This document shows, piece after piece, positions 5,470-8,573 of a DNA stretch of 8,573 bases. The notes beneath the pieces are model-generated. The model searched no databases. It was not told the origin of the DNA and worked only from the letters and a program-made list of their open reading frames with translations. Positions within the stretch are counted from its first letter, which is position 1, and each line of letters opens with the position of its first letter. Made by a program: the position numbers and the translations under genes. Origin of the DNA: Fonticula alba ATCC 38817 (lineage: Eukaryota; Protista; Nucleariida). The stretch lies in the NCBI GenBank assembly GCA_000388065.2, contig KB932204.1; one strand, written 5' to 3'.

Positions 5470-6880
5470 ATGAGCCACCGAGGAGGCGGCCCCGGGCCGA
5501 AGTCTGTACGTGCAACCATTGCTCCTCCTGCCTCGGAGCCACCCTCGACAGGGAGCCACCCTCTCACTCCTCTTCCCCCCGTCTCACTCTCCCCCTCCCT
5601 TCTGTTCCCCCCTCCCTCACCCCCACCACGAAGACCCACGACACGAGCTTCCGTCGAACCTGGGACAAGAACGAGTATGCAGAGCGCGCACGAAATCGCC
5701 ACCCTCGTGACGATGCCGACCCCGCCGCCGATGCCCCCCGGCCCCCGCGCACCTATGCCAATAACTTGCAGGCTCGCACGGAGCGCGTGGACTTCACCGA
5801 GCGCCTGAACCAGTCGAAGTTGGTCGGCGGCCTCGGCTTCACGCAGCCCGGCTTCCACTGCGCCGTGTGTGATGTATACATCCGCGATTCGATCACCTAC
5901 GTGGACCACTTGAACAGCGATCGCCGTGCGTCGTCTGTGCTTTTGCCTCCCTTTTCCCTCCCCCCCCTCTTCCCTCTCTCCCCTTGCGACTTTCTCTTCT
6001 GTCCTCCAACCAACGTGCAACAACTCACCCTGCCCCTCCACGGGTCCTTTTCCCGCCGCGAATGCCGACACGCCTGCCGACAGACCAGCGCAAGCTTGGT
6101 CGGTCTGGCTATGAGGTTCGTGCCTCGATTGACGACGTCAAAAACCGCATCCTGCAGCTGAGCCAGCGCCGCGAAGAGCCGGGAGCCGGCCTCCCGTCGA
6201 ACATCTCTGCGGCCGACGCCCAGGCCGAGGCCTTTCGCCAGCGCGTGCGCGAGGAGAAGCTCCGTTTGGAGCGCGAGCGCGAGCTAGCCAAGCAGGCTGC
6301 TGACCGTGCAGGCGCTGAGCCTGATCGTGAGCCCGAGCCTCGTCGTAGCCGCAGCCGCAGTCGTAGCCGCAGCCGCAGTCGGGATCGCAGCCGCAGTCGG
6401 GATCGCAGCCGCAGTCGGGATCGCAGCCGCAGTCGGGATCGCAGCCGCAGCCGTGACCGCAGTCGGGATCGCAGCCGTGACCGCAGTCGGGATCGCAGCC
6501 GTGACCGCAGTCGGGATCGCAGCCGTGGCCGAGACCGTAGTCACAGCCGGGACCGCAGCCGGGACCGCAGCCGCAGCCGGGACCGCAGCCGCAGCCGGGA
6601 CCGCAGCCGCAGCCGGGACCGCAGCCGCAGCCGGGACCGCAGCCGCAGCCGTGGCCAGGATCGTGGCCGCGACCACAGCCGGGATCGCTACCGCTATCGC
6701 AGTCGTAGCCGTAGCTACAGCCCTGACCGTGGCCGTGGGCGCTATCGCGGTCGTAGCCGTAGCCGTAGTCCCCCCTATGCCGGCCGGAGGTTCACCGACG
6801 CCGGCCGCCATGATCGTGGCCGTCATCGTGACCGCAGCCGCAGTCGCTCGCCCGGGGGCCACTACCGGCAGCCTCGCTAA
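5470..6880 (+). CDS. ZMAT2: ZMAT2/Snu23-like U4/U6.U5 tri-snRNP / B-complex matrin-type zinc-finger protein with C-terminal RS domain, 374 aa; exons 5470..5505, 5634..5925, 6084..6880
   Basis: FRRTWDKNEY resembles ZMAT2 FRRKWDKDEY. LQARTERVDFTERL and GFHCAVCDVYIRDSITYVDHLNSDR|HQRKLG resemble [31 protein letters not shown]. Splicing 5926-6083 creates the codon C|AC for the fourth zinc ligand (C-x2-C-x12-H-x5-H). ASIDDVKNRI resembles STLDQVKKRF. Exon lengths sum to 1125 nt in frame. Confidence 0.92.
5506..5633 (+). other. ZMAT2 intron 1 (128 nt, phase 0, AAG acceptor)
   Basis: TCT|GTACGT ... C-rich tract, ctcac (5616-5620) ... acgaAG|ACC; the only nearby acceptor that gives the conserved frame. 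Confidence 0.75.
5926..6083 (+). other. ZMAT2 intron 2 (158 nt, phase 1) splitting the last zinc-ligand His codon
   Basis: CGC C|GTGCGT ... ccgacAG|AC CAG CGC AAG. Confidence 0.93.
6341..6853 (+). repeat. Coding tandem repeats of the RS/RD domain (18-bp RSRSRD units, 24-bp RSRDRSRD units)
   Basis: (cgcagccgcagtcgggat)x4 at 6368-6439; (cgcagtcgggatcgcagccgtgac)x2 plus a variant at 6458-6529; (cgcagccgcagccgggac)x4 at 6566-6637. Confidence 0.93.
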
Positions 6881-6991
6881 GGGGGGGGGGGCTCGCGCCC
6901 CCTGCTACCGGCCGCCCACGCACAAAAGAGATACACGTGCCAGACGGCGACAGGAAACAAACGGCGCGGCTACACGCGTATGGCGATTTGG

Positions 6992-6997
6992 TTTATT
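6992..6997 (-). terminator. Duplicate of the putative CK2 polyadenylation signal AATAAA
   Basis: Same as 404-409 plus 6588. Confidence 0.4.
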
Positions 6998-7347
6998 TTC
7001 TTGTGTGGAGTGGGAACAAGTACAGGGCATGCGTTTGTGCAAAGAAGGAAAAGGAGGGGGAGTGGTGGACCGGATAGCGCGCCGATACGCGCGCGTGCGC
7101 GCGACAACGACAAAGTCACCGAGGGCAGAGGGAGAGAGAGAGAGACGAGGAAAAAACCAGGGCGTATGCGCCCACGGCGAGAGGGGGACGCAAGGAGCCC
7201 CATCTGCATTATCAGAGAGGCGGCGGGTGCTCTCTCCCGCCCTCGCTGCCCTTGCCCCCGAGGACAGAGTCAGGCGCGTGGGGCCGCCCGACGGGCATGG
7301 GAGGAGGGCCGAGGGCGGGAGAGGACCTCGGGCCGAGCCGCCGCCCG

Positions 7348-8573
7348 TTAGTTGGTCTCCAGGAAGCCGGTGCTGTTGTTGTACGGCTGGGGAGGGCTGA
7401 CCTCGTGGCGGATCGGGTCGAAGTAGGGGTGGAGCATGGCCTCGCGGGCGGTCAGGCGCTCGACATGGTCGAAGCGCAGCAGACGCTCCAGGAAGTCGAT
7501 GGCGTCGGCCGAGGCCAGATCCCGGTTGTCGTCATTGATGAAGGAGCTCAGGCGGCGGCCCTCCTTGCCGGACAGGAGCGAGAGGATGGACGTGTGCAGG
7601 CGGAGCTTGTACTTGTCCAGGTACGCCTCGAGCTTCTTGAACCCCAGGACGTCGACAATCTTGACAAGCTGGTCGACGTTGTCCGAGCCGCAGAAGAAGG
7701 TGTCAACCTTGAAAATCTGTGCGCGCGACGTGCGGGGGAGCGAGATGGGTGAGATAGATGGCGACGATCGGGGCAAGAGGGGTGCAGATGAGCAACAGGG
7801 CGGCGAGGGGCGGCCCTGGGCGAGGGGCGGGGGGGGGGGAGGGGCACATAAGGAAAGGCCGGTGGACCAGCACAACGCACCATGCCGGCGAACATGCAGC
7901 CCAGGCTCCACAGGTCCAGGGAGTAGTCGTAGTGCTGGAAGTCCACAAGCAGCTCCGGGCCCTTGAAGTAGCGCGAGGCGACGCGCACATTGTACGCGGT
8001 GTTGGGGTGGTAGAACTCGGCCAGACCCCAATCGATGAGGCGCAGCTGGCGCTTGTTGTGGTCGATCATGACATTGTGCGGCTTGACATCGCGGTGCATG
8101 ATGCCATGCGAGTGGGCATAGTCGAGGGCCAGGAGCAGCTGGTAGATGTAGTAGCGAATGTCATCCGCCTTCAGGGTGCGATAGAGCTGCTTGTGGTCGA
8201 CGGTGTTGACGAACTCGAAGATGAAGGAGGGTGTCCGGGACTGCCGGGGGGGGGGGGGAGCAGAGGAGAAAGGGGTGCGCAGGTAAGCACAGGGGCCAGA
8301 GTCACGGACAAGGGGGGGGGGGCGAGAGGGGGGCAGGCCAGCCAGGAGAGCCTGCTCGGCCGACCGCCACGCCAGCTCAGGAAACAGGGAGGAGCAGCCT
8401 TGCGAGTGGCGCAGAGCGATGCCACAACCGGAGCGGGAGAGAGAAAGAGAGAGAAAGAGAGAGGGAGGGAGAGAAAGGGAGAGAGAGAGAGAGAGAGAGG
8501 GGGAGGGAGCCACAGCGTACATAGGGATCGCGAACGATGTCATACAGACGGACGATGTTGGTGCCGCCCTCCA
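7348..8573 (-). CDS. CSNK2A1: Casein kinase II alpha, second (duplicate) copy, 5'-truncated by window end; exons complement(8521..>8573, 7881..8240, 7348..7716)
   Basis: Identical to 760-1985 (offset 6588). Confidence 0.9.

Larger units (their letters stand above)
6589..8573 (+). repeat. Long direct (terminal) repeat, copy 2; identical to 1-1985
   Basis: Offset 6588 match as described for copy 1. Confidence 0.97.

Noticed and set aside
6341-6660. Short tandem repeats as a CRISPR-like array
   Set aside because: No spacers; units are codon-multiple and encode the RS domain of a eukaryotic gene.
760-6880. CK2 and RS-ZMAT2 linked as a kinase-substrate module
   Set aside because: CK2 prefers S-x-x-D/E and is disfavoured by nearby basic residues. 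In RSRSRD/RSRD repeats the Asp falls at +2 or +4, and RS domains are SRPK/CLK substrates. Adjacency is probably ordinary synteny.
6284-7400. Long Ala/Val/Thr-rich ORFs 6306..7400 (+), 6284..6862 (-) and 63..812 (+)
   Set aside because: Shadow frames of the stop-free RS repeat; the RS frame is continuous with the conserved ZMAT2 sequence.

Overview
Very GC-rich eukaryotic genomic DNA with spliceosomal introns, G/C homopolymers and GA/CA microsatellites. It is most likely from a protist or basal opisthokont, but the taxon cannot be assigned from sequence alone. Positions 1-1985 recur apparently exactly at 6589-8573, so the window is one 6588-bp unit plus a 1985-bp overlap. That means a circle, a head-to-tail tandem array, or an assembly/scaffolding artefact; a 10-N gap sits at 4979-4988. 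The unit carries two confidently identifiable spliced genes that converge tail-to-tail across the repeat junction. One is a casein kinase II alpha subunit (minus strand, 355 aa, 3 coding exons). The other is a ZMAT2/Snu23 spliceosomal zinc-finger protein (plus strand, 374 aa, 3 exons) that unusually ends in a ~180-aa RS/RD domain. The CK2 gene has an open, acid-free, presequence-like frame upstream of its canonical ATG. About 2.5 kb between the two 5' ends has no recognisable gene. It contains an AT-richer promoter-like island, a telomere-template-like 12-mer upstream of a T9 run, and a hairpin cluster with an Sm-like site; all of these are weak candidates. No transposase, replication protein, viral gene, rRNA, tRNA or CRISPR array was found.
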